Source: an uncultured virus (IMG/VR IMGVR_UViG_3300027612_000506) | Lineage: Duplodnaviria; Heunggongvirae; Uroviricota; Caudoviricetes | DNA length: 64,000 bases | Virus record (IMG/VR): IMGVR_UViG_3300027612_000506 | Strand: one strand, 5' to 3' | In this document: positions 45,609 through 55,691 of the stretch, in pieces | Numbering within the stretch: the stretch's first letter is position 1 | How the letters are laid out: the number at the start of each line of letters is the position of its first letter | Notes under the pieces: generated by a model | The model's input: the letters and a program-made list of their open reading frames with translations, nothing else | Databases searched by the model: none | Told to the model about the DNA's origin: nothing | Made by a program: the position numbers and the translations under genes

Positions 45609-47467
45609 TGGAAAAAACATTTAAAGACTTTATCCCGTTAGAAGAAGGTGTCAATGACCCCAGCATCTTTAAAGCTGTCTTTCTAGCTGGTGGTCCTGGT
45701 TCAGGCAAGTCCTTTGTCGTAGGTAATACTGCATTGACTGCACAGGGATTAAAGTTAATTAATTCCGACGATGCATTTGAAAGGTCTCTTGCTAAAGCAG
45801 GTATGGGACCTACACCAGAGAATATCTTTTCTGACAAGGGACAGGATATTAGGGCTAGAGCAAAGGCTTTAACTGCAAGGAAAATGGATATAGCAATCAA
45901 AGGCCGTTTAGGTTTAGTTATTGATGGCACAGGTAAAGACTACGCTAAAATTGCAAAACAAAAAGCCTCATTAGAAGCATTGGGATATGACACAATGCTA
46001 GTATTTGTTAATACGGATGAGGAAACAGCCCAAGCCCGCAATAGGGGACGAGCTCGTACTTTGCCAGAGCCGGTTGTTTCTAGAATGTGGAAAGAAGTAC
46101 AAAATAATATCGGTAAATTCCAAAATTTATTTGGCAATAACATGCTAATTGTTGACAACAGCGACAAAGCAAATAGCAGTGCTGTAATGTTATCCGCATA
46201 TCGTAAAATATCTAACTGGACACGCCAGCCACCACATAGTTACATTGCTACTAGATGGATTAAGGCGCAGAGAAGTGTAAGAAAAGAAGATTTAAACTTG
46301 CAAAAAGTGTCTAAGCTCAAACCAGTAAAGTCCGTTGAGCAGAAAAAATACATTAAGAGCCGCGAAAAGCAAAAAGTATTCAAATCTTATAAAGTTGGTC
46401 CAGAGGCAAATCTGGAACAGGTGACACCAGATATGGAGGTCACCGTAGAAGAAATGGGTATTACAATTAGAGATAAACTTAAAGCTAAAACTGTTTATAA
46501 ACGAGATTATGAACACGCCGCTAAAATCTTAAGGAAAGTTTATGACCGCAAAAAGAAAGAAGCGGGCCGTGGCTCAATGCGGCACAATCTACTTTACTAT
46601 GCGGCTGAAATTCTAAGGACTGTCCGTGACGGCGAAAAAATGAACGCTAGAATATTAGCCAAGATGTTGCCAGAAGAATATCAGGCTCAGAAACATGAAT
46701 GGGGTACACCTGAAGGTACCGAATATTACAAAAATTTGACACCCGGAGAAGGTAAAACAGCCTGCCCTAAATGTGGGTGTAAATGCGGTGAATTGCCTTG
46801 CAAAACATGTGGTACATTCCAGAGCAAAGTACAAGAAGGTATAGACAAAGACTTTATGGAATACCTACATCGCATCGAGGTAGTAGGTTTCACGGATCAG
46901 GATGTACTTGAAATGGAACGAGACATAGATGCTATGTCCTTTGATGACTTCATTGACCTAGGCATGTATGAAGAAGATGAGCTTGAGGATATGGATACCG
47001 ATGATGATGGCGATTACGATATCCTTGACGATGTAGAAATTACAGAAGCTCTTAGTATTCAGGGTCGTATGAAACGCCGCTTTAATGCAAGGCGAAACAG
47101 ACAAAAACTTAAGGTTGCTAGAATGCGTAGAAGTAGAATGGCATCCTCACCTGATAGAATTAAAATGCGAGCCGCCCGCGGCGCCCGTAACATGTTTAAG
47201 AAAAGACTTGCTCGTGGTAGAGATGTTTCATCCATGCCTCCTGCAGAAAAGAATCGCCTAGAGACTATGCTAAAACGATTCGCACCTATTGTGAGTAAAC
47301 TTGCACAACGAATGATTCCACAAGTTCGTAAAGCAGAGATAGGTAGACTTAAAAATCGTAAGAGCGCCTCATCAATGAAAGCTAAGAAGTTTGTTGTTAA
47401 AAAAGGCGGTACTGCTTCTAAATATAAGGCTAAAAAGTTTAAGATTAAAAAGGCAGGTAAGAAATGA
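45608..47467 (+). CDS. P-loop kinase (zeta-toxin/AAA_33-like) with a long charged C-terminal region; probable head protein
   Basis: AGGPGSGKS, NSDD, IDGTG, ARNRGRAR; N-terminal KTFKDFIPLEE. Confidence 0.7.
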   Translation: MEKTFKDFIPLEEGVNDPSIFKAVFLAGGPGSGKSFVVGNTALTAQGLKLINSDDAFERSLAKAGMGPTPENIFSDKGQDIRARAKALTARKMDIAIKGRLGLVIDGTGKDYAKIAKQKASLEALGYDTMLVFVNTDEETAQARNRGRARTLPEPVVSRMWKEVQNNIGKFQNLFGNNMLIVDNSDKANSSAVMLSAYRKISNWTRQPPHSYIATRWIKAQRSVRKEDLNLQKVSKLKPVKSVEQKKYIKSREKQKVFKSYKVGPEANLEQVTPDMEVTVEEMGITIRDKLKAKTVYKRDYEHAAKILRKVYDRKKKEAGRGSMRHNLLYYAAEILRTVRDGEKMNARILAKMLPEEYQAQKHEWGTPEGTEYYKNLTPGEGKTACPKCGCKCGELPCKTCGTFQSKVQEGIDKDFMEYLHRIEVVGFTDQDVLEMERDIDAMSFDDFIDLGMYEEDELEDMDTDDDGDYDILDDVEITEALSIQGRMKRRFNARRNRQKLKVARMRRSRMASSPDRIKMRAARGARNMFKKRLARGRDVSSMPPAEKNRLETMLKRFAPIVSKLAQRMIPQVRKAEIGRLKNRKSASSMKAKKFVVKKGGTASKYKAKKFKIKKAGKK

Positions 47468-47751
47468 TTTCCTTTAAAGAATATTTAGAAGAAGATAAGG
47501 GCATGGAAGGTATGACCCAAGGTGGTGGTCATAAACGCCCTACTGATAAAGGTGCCGGTCTTACTAAAAAGGGTGTCGAAAAGTATCGTAGACAAAATCC
47601 AGGAAGTAAACTGCAAACCGCAGTAACTACGCCTCCTAGTAAACTAAAGCCTGATAGTAAAGCGGCTAAAAGAAGAAAATCCTTTTGTGCCAGATCTAAA
47701 GGTTGGACAGGTGAGCGTGGTAAGGCTGCCCGCAGAAGATGGAATTGCTAG
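47464..47751 (+). CDS. Small basic phage protein, probable head protein
   Basis: MISFKEYLEE; KRRKSFCAR...RRWNC. Confidence 0.65.
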   Translation: MISFKEYLEEDKGMEGMTQGGGHKRPTDKGAGLTKKGVEKYRRQNPGSKLQTAVTTPPSKLKPDSKAAKRRKSFCARSKGWTGERGKAARRRWNC

Positions 47752-47752
47752 T

Positions 47753-48526
47753 ATGGAAAACTTCAAAGAATATATAGATGAAGACCTACGCAAATGGTTC
47801 GGCAAAGGCAAAGAAGGCGATTGGGTCAGAGTAGACACAAAAGGCAAAATAAAAGGTGATTGTGCTAGAGAGCCAGGTGAAGGCAAACCCAAGTGTATGC
47901 CACGGTCAAAGGCACACAGCATGGATAAGGATGACAGAGCTAAGGCTGCCAGGAGAAAGCGTAGAGAAGATCCTGTTGCGGATCGCAAGGGTAAGGGCGG
48001 CAAACCAGTTATGGTTGCCACTGAAGATACTATTGTAGAGAAGAATGTTCCTACTAAACCTGCGTTATGGGCAAAGTATAAAGCACAAGCAAAGTCAAAA
48101 TTTGATGTTTATCCTTCAGCATATGCTAATGGCTGGGCTTCTAAAATGTATAAGAAGGCGGGTGGTAGTTGGAAAACTGTATCTGAAGGTAAAGAGCATT
48201 CTTGGAAGTCTGAAGGTCATTACACCAAAGACGGCGAGGAATGGACAGGTCCACAACATGCACATAATGGTCAGGTAATGACAGGTGAAAAGCATACCGC
48301 TGATAGTCAAAACTTATATCACTACAAAGAGCTATCTAAAGAAGCGCAGAATAAAGTAGAGAAGAAGCACGAAAAAGTTGACGAGGATTGTTGGAGCGGT
48401 TATAAGCAAAAGGGCATGAAAAAGAAGGGTAAGAAGATGGTACCTAATTGTGTGCCTGAGTCCTTCAGAACTCGTAATAGAGTTACTGAAAGCACACCTA
48501 AATCCTCAGATTACTGGAAATTATAG
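47753..48526 (+). CDS. Modular basic protein, probable head protein
   Basis: MENFKEYIDE; LRKWF, KFDVYPSAYANGW and CWSGY...VPNCV modules. Confidence 0.65.
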   Translation: MENFKEYIDEDLRKWFGKGKEGDWVRVDTKGKIKGDCAREPGEGKPKCMPRSKAHSMDKDDRAKAARRKRREDPVADRKGKGGKPVMVATEDTIVEKNVPTKPALWAKYKAQAKSKFDVYPSAYANGWASKMYKKAGGSWKTVSEGKEHSWKSEGHYTKDGEEWTGPQHAHNGQVMTGEKHTADSQNLYHYKELSKEAQNKVEKKHEKVDEDCWSGYKQKGMKKKGKKMVPNCVPESFRTRNRVTESTPKSSDYWKL

Positions 48527-48541
48527 CACCCACACTATATT

Positions 48542-49090
48542 ATGTTTATTGAAAAAATTGAATCTTTACACCTAGACTACGAAAAAATGAGAGAGGATTA
48601 TAATACAGTCCTCTCTCTTGCTCTCCCTAATGGATGGGATCAATCTGCTATTCTGCAAGCCAAACAAGTAAACCTCCGCGGTGAACACCTAATACCATCC
48701 TTCAATTCAGAGGATGCAGATCCTAAAAACACAGAAAGACTAGCCAAAGAAATGTTTTCTTTTTGGAATGATTCTGCACCTAAATATACTCGCGATGCTA
48801 TTGAAGAGCTTTGTTATATAACAGGGTTTAAACTGACTAGAGCAAGGTATCTTTGTCAGGCACCTGGTAGAGGATTAAGTGTACATAAAGATCCGGGTGT
48901 AAGATTTCACTTTGTACTTGATACAAACCCACAAAGCCTGTTTTTTAATGTTAAAGATACCCCTTTGCATGAAAATATGGACACATATCATTTACCCTGT
49001 GGTAGCCATTTTTATAAAATAGACACTACACAGGACCACTTTGTGTATAATGCTGGGCATACCAACAGAATACATTTAGTAATTTCTTAA
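48542..49090 (+). CDS. Putative 2OG-Fe(II)/cupin oxygenase
   Basis: SVHKD...RFH, DTTQDH..YNAG...RIHLV. Confidence 0.6.
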   Translation: MFIEKIESLHLDYEKMREDYNTVLSLALPNGWDQSAILQAKQVNLRGEHLIPSFNSEDADPKNTERLAKEMFSFWNDSAPKYTRDAIEELCYITGFKLTRARYLCQAPGRGLSVHKDPGVRFHFVLDTNPQSLFFNVKDTPLHENMDTYHLPCGSHFYKIDTTQDHFVYNAGHTNRIHLVIS

Positions 49091-49093
49091 TCT

Positions 49094-49101
49094 TATAAAT
49101 A
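49094..49101 (+). promoter_or_regulatory. Late promoter TATAAATA
   Basis: Exact motif. Confidence 0.75.
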
Positions 49102-49130
49102 TTAGAAACATTACCATAAGGGGCTATCAA

Positions 49131-50525
49131 ATGTCATATAAAAACGAAATGCAGACGATGCGAGCCGTTCTTCTAGGTGAGGGTGCAGACCGCCGTAAAC
49201 TAGATATGCTCGTTCGTCAAGGTATGATGTCGCCAGCGGCATTACCAATGCTTCACAGAGGCTTAGATAAACTACAAGCCGGGAAAACACTTAGCCCTCA
49301 AGAGCGCGATGCGGTTGCTAAGGTTGTTGATTCATTACTGTACATTGTAACAGGTGATGATACTGTATTCCAAAAAGCTAAAATGCACACACAGAAAAAC
49401 CGTTATCAGACTGAAGAACAAGATCCTCAGATTGCCGATGAAAATCCTGTTACTGAAAATGGGCAGGATGCATTGGATGAGAAAATGGATTTGGCTAAAG
49501 CTGATATGGGAGATGTAATTAAGGATTTTAAAAAGTCTGATGCTCCACAATTCAAAGGTAAGTCTGATAAGAAAAAGCGTGAGATGGCAATTGCCGCTAA
49601 ACTTGGCGCGGAGAAAGAAGATATGAAAGAAGAAGAAAAAATTAAGTGTGACAAGTGTGACGGTAAAGGCTGTAAACATTGTGACGATAAAGGATATCAC
49701 ACAGAAGGTTACTTTAAGTCTTTGGACACAGACCGCCAAGAAAAAGAGCGTCTCGCTAAAAGAAAAAATACAATGATTGCTAATCCTAAGACTCAGAAGG
49801 TTCGTAAAGTAACTCCTGAGCGGGCTAAGTCAGCGGTCAAAAAAGGGTTTGTCTATGCTGAAGAATGGACTGACGCAGAATTGGACGCATTGTTTGAAAT
49901 GGAATATAAAGACAAGTTCCAGGCAATGCTTAAAAAGACAGGCAAATCTTTAGCCAACATGTCTGATGATGAGAAGAAAAAGTTTTTCAATACGGTCGAT
50001 GCCGCACACAAGGCTAAGAATGAAAACTATGTAACTCCCACTGCCGCACAAATTTCAGCAGACGCGAAGAAGGGCGAAAAGAAGCAAAGAACTTCAATAA
50101 CACCCAAGCGCGCTAAAAGTGCTGTCTATAAGAACATGATGGGCGGCGTGAAAGAAGAAATCGAGCAGATTGATGAAGCACCGTCAGCCGCAGATAGAGC
50201 CAGAGCAGCCGCCCGCCGCGATATGAGAAAAGACTCTAAGGGTATGGCGCCAGTTAAAAAAGCTGGTGACTTAGGTGGTACAGGAAAATACAGAGCAAGT
50301 AAGCCCGACAACATTGAAAAACATGGCGGGCACATTGTTACTCAAATGAAAAAGGCCATCACCGTAGGCAAACCAGTTAAGTTTAAAGACGGCACGGAAA
50401 AAGTGGTAAGTAAAGCACATGCCCACAAATACCTTTCCAAGTATATGTCAGGTAAACCTGCACAAAAGGTAGATATGCATGGTGCCCACGATTCACATGA
50501 CGCCTTTATGAAACATGTTTCTTAA
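49131..50525 (+). CDS. Highly charged late protein, probable processed internal head protein
   Basis: Repeated xxE/EE junctions, CDKCDGKGC module, late promoter. Confidence 0.55.
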   Translation: MSYKNEMQTMRAVLLGEGADRRKLDMLVRQGMMSPAALPMLHRGLDKLQAGKTLSPQERDAVAKVVDSLLYIVTGDDTVFQKAKMHTQKNRYQTEEQDPQIADENPVTENGQDALDEKMDLAKADMGDVIKDFKKSDAPQFKGKSDKKKREMAIAAKLGAEKEDMKEEEKIKCDKCDGKGCKHCDDKGYHTEGYFKSLDTDRQEKERLAKRKNTMIANPKTQKVRKVTPERAKSAVKKGFVYAEEWTDAELDALFEMEYKDKFQAMLKKTGKSLANMSDDEKKKFFNTVDAAHKAKNENYVTPTAAQISADAKKGEKKQRTSITPKRAKSAVYKNMMGGVKEEIEQIDEAPSAADRARAAARRDMRKDSKGMAPVKKAGDLGGTGKYRASKPDNIEKHGGHIVTQMKKAITVGKPVKFKDGTEKVVSKAHAHKYLSKYMSGKPAQKVDMHGAHDSHDAFMKHVS

Positions 50526-50528
50526 TCA

Positions 50529-50536
50529 TATAAATA
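50529..50536 (+). promoter_or_regulatory. Late promoter TATAAATA
   Basis: Exact motif. Confidence 0.75.
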
Positions 50537-50570
50537 CTTATTTAAAACACTCAATTTAGGAGAGAACAAA

Positions 50571-51113
50571 ATGTCCGGATGGTCAAGAACTACAAAGCCA
50601 AGTGCAGATACTACTATTTCTGCTGGCGACATCTACGGTGTAGACCGTAACGAAATCGCAGTAACAGAAGGTATTGCACAAGTAGGTTGGGTAAAGCGTA
50701 CTACTGTAGGTTCTCGTGTTAAGCACGAAGTCCTAGTAGCAATGAAAACACCACCAGTTGAAGATAACGCAGACGATTCAGTATTGCCTGATACAGTACT
50801 TGCGATTGGCACACAGCCTGCAAGCCGCTCTGATGCATCGGGTTCAGCGGTAGACTTCTCAGTTGTAGCTACAGCAACCCCAACAGCAACAATCAGCTAT
50901 GTATGGGAACGCTCACTTGATAGTGGCTCTACCTGGGTAACTGTAGACGGCGTTATTGACAGTGCAGTATACAGCGACTTCACTACTGATACACTAGCAA
51001 TCAGCGACAACACTGGTCTAGATACATATCAGTATCGTGTACTTGTCTCTGCCGCTGATACTGGAGCCGCTACATTGACTTCAGACGCCGCTACATTGAC
51101 TGAAACTGCTTAA
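50571..51113 (+). CDS. Virion protein with a C-terminal Ig-like domain
   Basis: GWV...RVKHEVLVAM; TQPAS, SYVW, YQYRV, SDAATLT. Confidence 0.7.
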   Translation: MSGWSRTTKPSADTTISAGDIYGVDRNEIAVTEGIAQVGWVKRTTVGSRVKHEVLVAMKTPPVEDNADDSVLPDTVLAIGTQPASRSDASGSAVDFSVVATATPTATISYVWERSLDSGSTWVTVDGVIDSAVYSDFTTDTLAISDNTGLDTYQYRVLVSAADTGAATLTSDAATLTETA

Positions 51114-51130
51114 TATAGGAGTCGGTTACA

Positions 51131-51574
51131 ATGGCTGACCAAAAGCTAAGTGAACTGACTGCCGCTACTAGTACTGCCAGCACAGATAAAGTATATCTTG
51201 TGTCTGGTGGTGCCAGTAAGCAGATTACAGTTGCAAATTTGTTTGCTACTATTCCTACGCCTGTATCATTCAGTGATAAAATTTCTATCACCGATACAGA
51301 CACAATGTCTAGCGCAGGTGAAGTTTCATTAACAACCAACATTACATACCTCAGCAATCCTGCCGCTAATGGTACTTTAACTATTGGCGCTGGCACTGAG
51401 GGTCAAATTAAAATCATTGTAATGGTATCTAACACTACAGCTAGAACATTAATTCTTGATGATTCGGATCTCGCACATGACACTGTAACTTTCAGTGCTG
51501 TAGGGGATACCGCGACACTTATATATACTAATAGCAAATGGTATTTAATAGGTGGTACTGCTACCGTAGCATAA
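51131..51574 (+). CDS. Putative virion structural protein
   Basis: ADQKLSELTA N-terminus, GQIKII, Thr/Ser-rich. Confidence 0.55.
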   Translation: MADQKLSELTAATSTASTDKVYLVSGGASKQITVANLFATIPTPVSFSDKISITDTDTMSSAGEVSLTTNITYLSNPAANGTLTIGAGTEGQIKIIVMVSNTTARTLILDDSDLAHDTVTFSAVGDTATLIYTNSKWYLIGGTATVA

Positions 51575-51587
51575 AGAAAACAATTAC

Positions 51588-51956
51588 ATGATTGATTTGA
51601 ATGATGAAAACTTTTTGATCTTCGCTATTAAAAATTATTCTAACCCAGGTTGTGAAGGTATGTCTGAGTTAGAAGAGGATTTAAAAAGATTTAAGTACAT
51701 TAAACGACTTTTTCGCAGGTATGAAAATTCGGGTGTACTAAATGAAAGACTTATACTCAACCATATAATGGTATTGTATAATGTATTTGATAAAGCGGCG
51801 ACCCCTATGTTATTTTTCAAGATTGAAGAAAAATATTGGGCAATACTAAAGTCTTTCCTGGTCTATATGTCTAGGATGCCGTTAGAACAAATTGGAAGTA
51901 CTGAACCCCATTTACCTTTAGATGGTAAGGTATTAGACGAACTAAGGAAACTTTAA
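51588..51956 (+). CDS. Conserved T4-like hypothetical protein
   Basis: NF..FAIKNY.NP, EDLKRFKYIKRL, ERLILNH. Confidence 0.7.
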   Translation: MIDLNDENFLIFAIKNYSNPGCEGMSELEEDLKRFKYIKRLFRRYENSGVLNERLILNHIMVLYNVFDKAATPMLFFKIEEKYWAILKSFLVYMSRMPLEQIGSTEPHLPLDGKVLDELRKL

Positions 51957-52489
51957 TGTCACGGTTTACAGATGCAGTAGTAGGTTATAGAATCCTCCGT
52001 CTATTGTCCACACCAATAGATAAGAGTGACGCCTTCCGCCTCGGCATTATTGATAAAGACGGTGAGAAAATTAAAGACCCTATTACTTCTCAAGAATTAG
52101 ATTCGTATTCATTACTACAGAGATTTGTTTTCAAAGTCCAAAAAGCATTATTAAAATCACCTGACCGCAATGCAAAGAGACTATTGACATTTGCGGCGGC
52201 TCTTGCTATACTTAGAGAGTATAAAGAGACGGATGAAGATAATGTGGAGGCACTGTTAGAAGTCTTCATGGAAGATGCAGAAGTACAAAAACAAGCCGAA
52301 CTACTAGAGAGCGGTTTGTTGTCATTTAAAAATTACAACATTAAAGAGATGATGAGCGCAGGTGGTGGTGGTATTGCCGGCATTGGTACAGGTCCAGCAG
52401 ACCAAAAAGAACCGGGCAGAGACCCGATATTCATGCCAATGGCTAGAAGAAAAAAGAAGAAGAAAAATGCCACAATCACTAGAAGCTAA
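51956..52489 (+). CDS. Conserved T4-like hypothetical protein
   Basis: AFRLGIIDKDG, FAAAL. Confidence 0.65.
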   Translation: MSRFTDAVVGYRILRLLSTPIDKSDAFRLGIIDKDGEKIKDPITSQELDSYSLLQRFVFKVQKALLKSPDRNAKRLLTFAAALAILREYKETDEDNVEALLEVFMEDAEVQKQAELLESGLLSFKNYNIKEMMSAGGGGIAGIGTGPADQKEPGRDPIFMPMARRKKKKKNATITRS

Positions 52490-52955
52490 AGTTTCAGTCA
52501 TAGAGCACGATGTCGCTAGAATGGGCGAATTGTTCTCAAAGTTAGATGTCACGATTGAAAAAATCACCGACATCTCTAACTGCATTAATAAAATGCTCGC
52601 AGTACATGAGCAAAAGATTAACCAGATATCTGAAGATACGGAAGATGTCTTTCACCTTGTTGAAAAACGGAGAATTGAGATGGATGATAACATCAAAGAA
52701 CTTCATTCCCGTATTACAACGGGTAATCGGGAAATGACTAAAGAGATGGCTGATGCATTTGCATCCGTACATGCGTCTATTTCTAAACTGGAAGAAAAAC
52801 TTGACCGTAGAGAAGAACACTTAGTTGATACTAAAGCCCAAATGGAAAACAGAATAAGCCAGTTAGAAAAAAAGCAGTGGTTCATCATGGGTGGAGCCGC
52901 TGTAATTGGTTTCCTTGCAGGTAATATGGACCTTTTAGGTAAATTCTTTTCTTGA
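52467..52955 (+). CDS. Coiled-coil protein with a C-terminal TM helix
   Basis: LAVHEQKI, LEKKQWFIMGGAAVIGF. Confidence 0.6.
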   Translation: MPQSLEAKVSVIEHDVARMGELFSKLDVTIEKITDISNCINKMLAVHEQKINQISEDTEDVFHLVEKRRIEMDDNIKELHSRITTGNREMTKEMADAFASVHASISKLEEKLDRREEHLVDTKAQMENRISQLEKKQWFIMGGAAVIGFLAGNMDLLGKFFS

Positions 52956-52980
52956 CAATCAAGCAATAGTTATGTATTAT
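52952..52980 (+). promoter_or_regulatory. Sigma70 promoter of primase (leaderless)
   Basis: TTGACA-17-TATTAT; ATG at 52988. Confidence 0.75.
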
Positions 52981-52987
52981 ACATACT

Positions 52988-54022
52988 ATGAGCTTATATA
53001 TTGATGTAAAATTCCTAACACAAATCTCTCACAGATTCGAACGCTTCGAGAAGAAGAATGACTATTTGTGGAATGTTCGTTGCCCTATCTGTGGCGACTC
53101 TCAAAAGAACAAGCGTAAGATGCGCGGTTACTTTTTCCGAAAAGACAATGACCTAATGTACAAATGCCATAACTGTGGTCATGGCGCACATTTTGGTACA
53201 ATGTTGAAATCCCTTGATGGTATACTATACAAGGAATATGTCTTAGAAAGATATGCTGAGGGCGGACATCGCAAAAAGCATGGTACTGAAAAGGCAGTGA
53301 AGGAAATTGTAAAAGCACCCGAACCTTTTTACAAACCTATATGGGCTAATCTGATGGATAGTCTATATGAGTTGCCTGCTGACCATGAGGCAGTAGAATA
53401 TGTAAATACTCGAGGATTGCCTAAAGATTCACATAAAAGGTTATATTATGTGCAAAATATCCAAGATATAGTTCAACTTAATTATAAGTATAAAGAGACA
53501 ATAAAAACAACAGAGCCTAGACTTGCTATCCCGTTTGTAAATGAAGCGGGTCAGTTAACTGCCTTATCATTGAGGGGTATGCGAGATGAGGCTCTGCGTT
53601 ATGTATTGCTCAAGGTGAAAGAGGATGCACCTACAGTGTACGGGCTCGATAGTGTTGACAAGACACGCCCTGTGACAGTTGTAGAGGGCCCGCTGGACAG
53701 TTTGTTCTTAGATAACGCACTTGCATGTGCAGGTACCTCCTTTAATAAAATTGAGGAGTTAGGGTTAGATAAAGAGCTTGTAACTATTGTATTTGACAAT
53801 CAGCCTAAGAACAGAGATGTTTGTAGATTGATGAATAAGTACATAAAACTTGGGTATAACATTTGTATTTGGCCTGATAAGATAGAGGGTAAAGATATAA
53901 ATGATATGGTTTTATCGGGCATTAGTGCCGATGAAATTAAGCAAGTAATTAAGAAACATACATATAAAGGCCTTAGGGCAGAAATGAAATTCACTACTTG
54001 GAAAAAAATAGGAGACATATAA
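52988..54022 (+). CDS. gp61: DNA primase gp61
   Basis: RCPICGDS...CHNC, VEGPLDSLF, KDIND. Confidence 0.95.
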   Translation: MSLYIDVKFLTQISHRFERFEKKNDYLWNVRCPICGDSQKNKRKMRGYFFRKDNDLMYKCHNCGHGAHFGTMLKSLDGILYKEYVLERYAEGGHRKKHGTEKAVKEIVKAPEPFYKPIWANLMDSLYELPADHEAVEYVNTRGLPKDSHKRLYYVQNIQDIVQLNYKYKETIKTTEPRLAIPFVNEAGQLTALSLRGMRDEALRYVLLKVKEDAPTVYGLDSVDKTRPVTVVEGPLDSLFLDNALACAGTSFNKIEELGLDKELVTIVFDNQPKNRDVCRLMNKYIKLGYNICIWPDKIEGKDINDMVLSGISADEIKQVIKKHTYKGLRAEMKFTTWKKIGDI

Positions 54023-54288
54023 TGTCATTTTGGAAGACTGTAGTAACATGGTTTACTAGCACATTTGATTACAACAAAGATGGTGTTGTTGATAAGGAAG
54101 ATGTCGAGATGAAGGTCGAAGCGGTTAAGAAGGAAACAAAGCGCCGTGTACGCCGTGTTAAAGAAGAACTGGATGATGTAAAATCTGCCGCCAAAGATGT
54201 CGTTGATCAGGCGAAAGATGTTGCAGGTGCCGTCAAAGGAAAACCACGCCGCGGCCGCAAGCCAAGAGCAACAACAAAAAAGAAGTAA
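54022..54288 (+). CDS. Hypothetical protein with an EF-hand-like loop and a basic tail
   Basis: DYNKDGVVDKED; AGGAG RBS. Confidence 0.55.
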   Translation: MSFWKTVVTWFTSTFDYNKDGVVDKEDVEMKVEAVKKETKRRVRRVKEELDDVKSAAKDVVDQAKDVAGAVKGKPRRGRKPRATTKKK

Positions 54289-54303
54289 AAGGGAAATTAT
54301 ATA

Positions 54304-54996
54304 ATGAGTGAAGTGAACCTTATTGCATTATCAAAGCCATCTGCAAAAACTGACTGCAACGCCGCCTCTGATTTGATTGCTTATACTGCTCGTGTAAGCA
54401 ATCCATCTAATCAAAATAACATGGAGACTGCTCCTAAGTTACTACGGTATCTGATTAAGGAGAACCATTGGTCTCCTTTTGAAATGGTACATATGACTAT
54501 GGAGATTAAAACTACTCGTGACATTGCAAAACAAATTTTGCGTCACCGCAGTTTTAGCTTTCAGGAGTTTAGCCAGCGGTATGCAGTTTCGGACTCGTTT
54601 TCTTTGAGAGAAGCGAGACTGCAAGATCCTAAAAATCGTCAAAACAGCATTGAGTTGGATGAGGTTGAGGATGTTGGCAAAGGTGGTAACAAGACTCAAC
54701 AGGAAAGACTTTATGAAAACTGGAACATGAAGCAAATGGAAGTTATCAATAAGTCTAAGGAAGTATATAAGTGGGCGTTACAGCAAGGAATCGCTAAGGA
54801 ACAAGCAAGAGCGGTACTACCTGAGGGCAACACTGTAACCACACTTTATATGGCAGGTAGTTTGCGTTCATGGATTCACTACTGTGATTTGCGCCGCGGT
54901 AATGGTACCCAGAAAGAACACATGATAATTGCCGACAAGTGTTGGGCTATTATTGGTTCACACTTTCCTGATATTGTAGCGGCACTGGAAGAATAA
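54304..54996 (+). CDS. thyX: Flavin-dependent thymidylate synthase
   Basis: HWSPFE, RHRSFSFQEFSQRY, QKEH. Confidence 0.95.
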   Translation: MSEVNLIALSKPSAKTDCNAASDLIAYTARVSNPSNQNNMETAPKLLRYLIKENHWSPFEMVHMTMEIKTTRDIAKQILRHRSFSFQEFSQRYAVSDSFSLREARLQDPKNRQNSIELDEVEDVGKGGNKTQQERLYENWNMKQMEVINKSKEVYKWALQQGIAKEQARAVLPEGNTVTTLYMAGSLRSWIHYCDLRRGNGTQKEHMIIADKCWAIIGSHFPDIVAALEE

Positions 54997-55502
54997 TGGA
55001 ACCGATTTTTCATCTACAAAAAGAGTTCTGGGACTATGCCGACTTGAAAGAGGAAGCAAAAGTTTTAAAAAATGAAGCTCTAGTATTTGAAACATCCAAA
55101 GCTATTATCCGTGCAGTACCCATGTCCAGTAGGAGCCCTGCTTTAAAGAAGTTATATGGGGAGTTCTTAAAAACATACCCATATAACTTCGGGGAAATCT
55201 CAATGTCCTACATGTACATTAATAAGGGTGAAGTATATCCTTATCATGTTGACAATGTAGCATCTACCGCAGTTAGTAATCTTAAGCCTGTGCAATGCAC
55301 TATTAATATTTTAGTTTCAGGCGATGAAAATGAAGTAGAATTTGAAGGGTTAGGTAAATACAGGTATAAGGCATGTGTGTTTAACACATCACACATGCAT
55401 AGAATTACACCGCAGTCTGACCGAACCATTGTAAGGATTTCTTTTAGAGAATCCTCATATGAAGATGTCGTCCGCAAAATAAAAGATACAATAAATACCT
55501 AA
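54996..55502 (+). CDS. Putative 2OG-Fe(II)/cupin oxygenase
   Basis: PYHVD, FNTSHMH, R-IVRISF; similar architecture to 29900. Confidence 0.55.
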   Translation: MEPIFHLQKEFWDYADLKEEAKVLKNEALVFETSKAIIRAVPMSSRSPALKKLYGEFLKTYPYNFGEISMSYMYINKGEVYPYHVDNVASTAVSNLKPVQCTINILVSGDENEVEFEGLGKYRYKACVFNTSHMHRITPQSDRTIVRISFRESSYEDVVRKIKDTINT

Positions 55503-55520
55503 CCAGTGAAAGGAAATACT

Positions 55521-55691
55521 ATGACAAAAAAACAACCCTCCTACAGTGACTTAGAAGCAGAGCACTATCAAAAATTAAAAAACAAAGAACTTGATCCCGA
55601 CAGGCGGGATTGGGAATATTCACCTGAGGGCACAAAAATCTTTAAACCCGAAGCGGGCAAACCAACCCCAACAGTATACGAGAAAGAATAA
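55521..55691 (+). CDS. Hypothetical protein
   Basis: AAGGA RBS, coupled to nrdA. Confidence 0.5.
   Translation: MTKKQPSYSDLEAEHYQKLKNKELDPDRRDWEYSPEGTKIFKPEAGKPTPTVYEKE

Noticed and set aside
45608..47467. Zeta toxin-antitoxin module
   Set aside because: No antitoxin is evident; the late promoter and capsid-targeting-like leader fit a virion protein.
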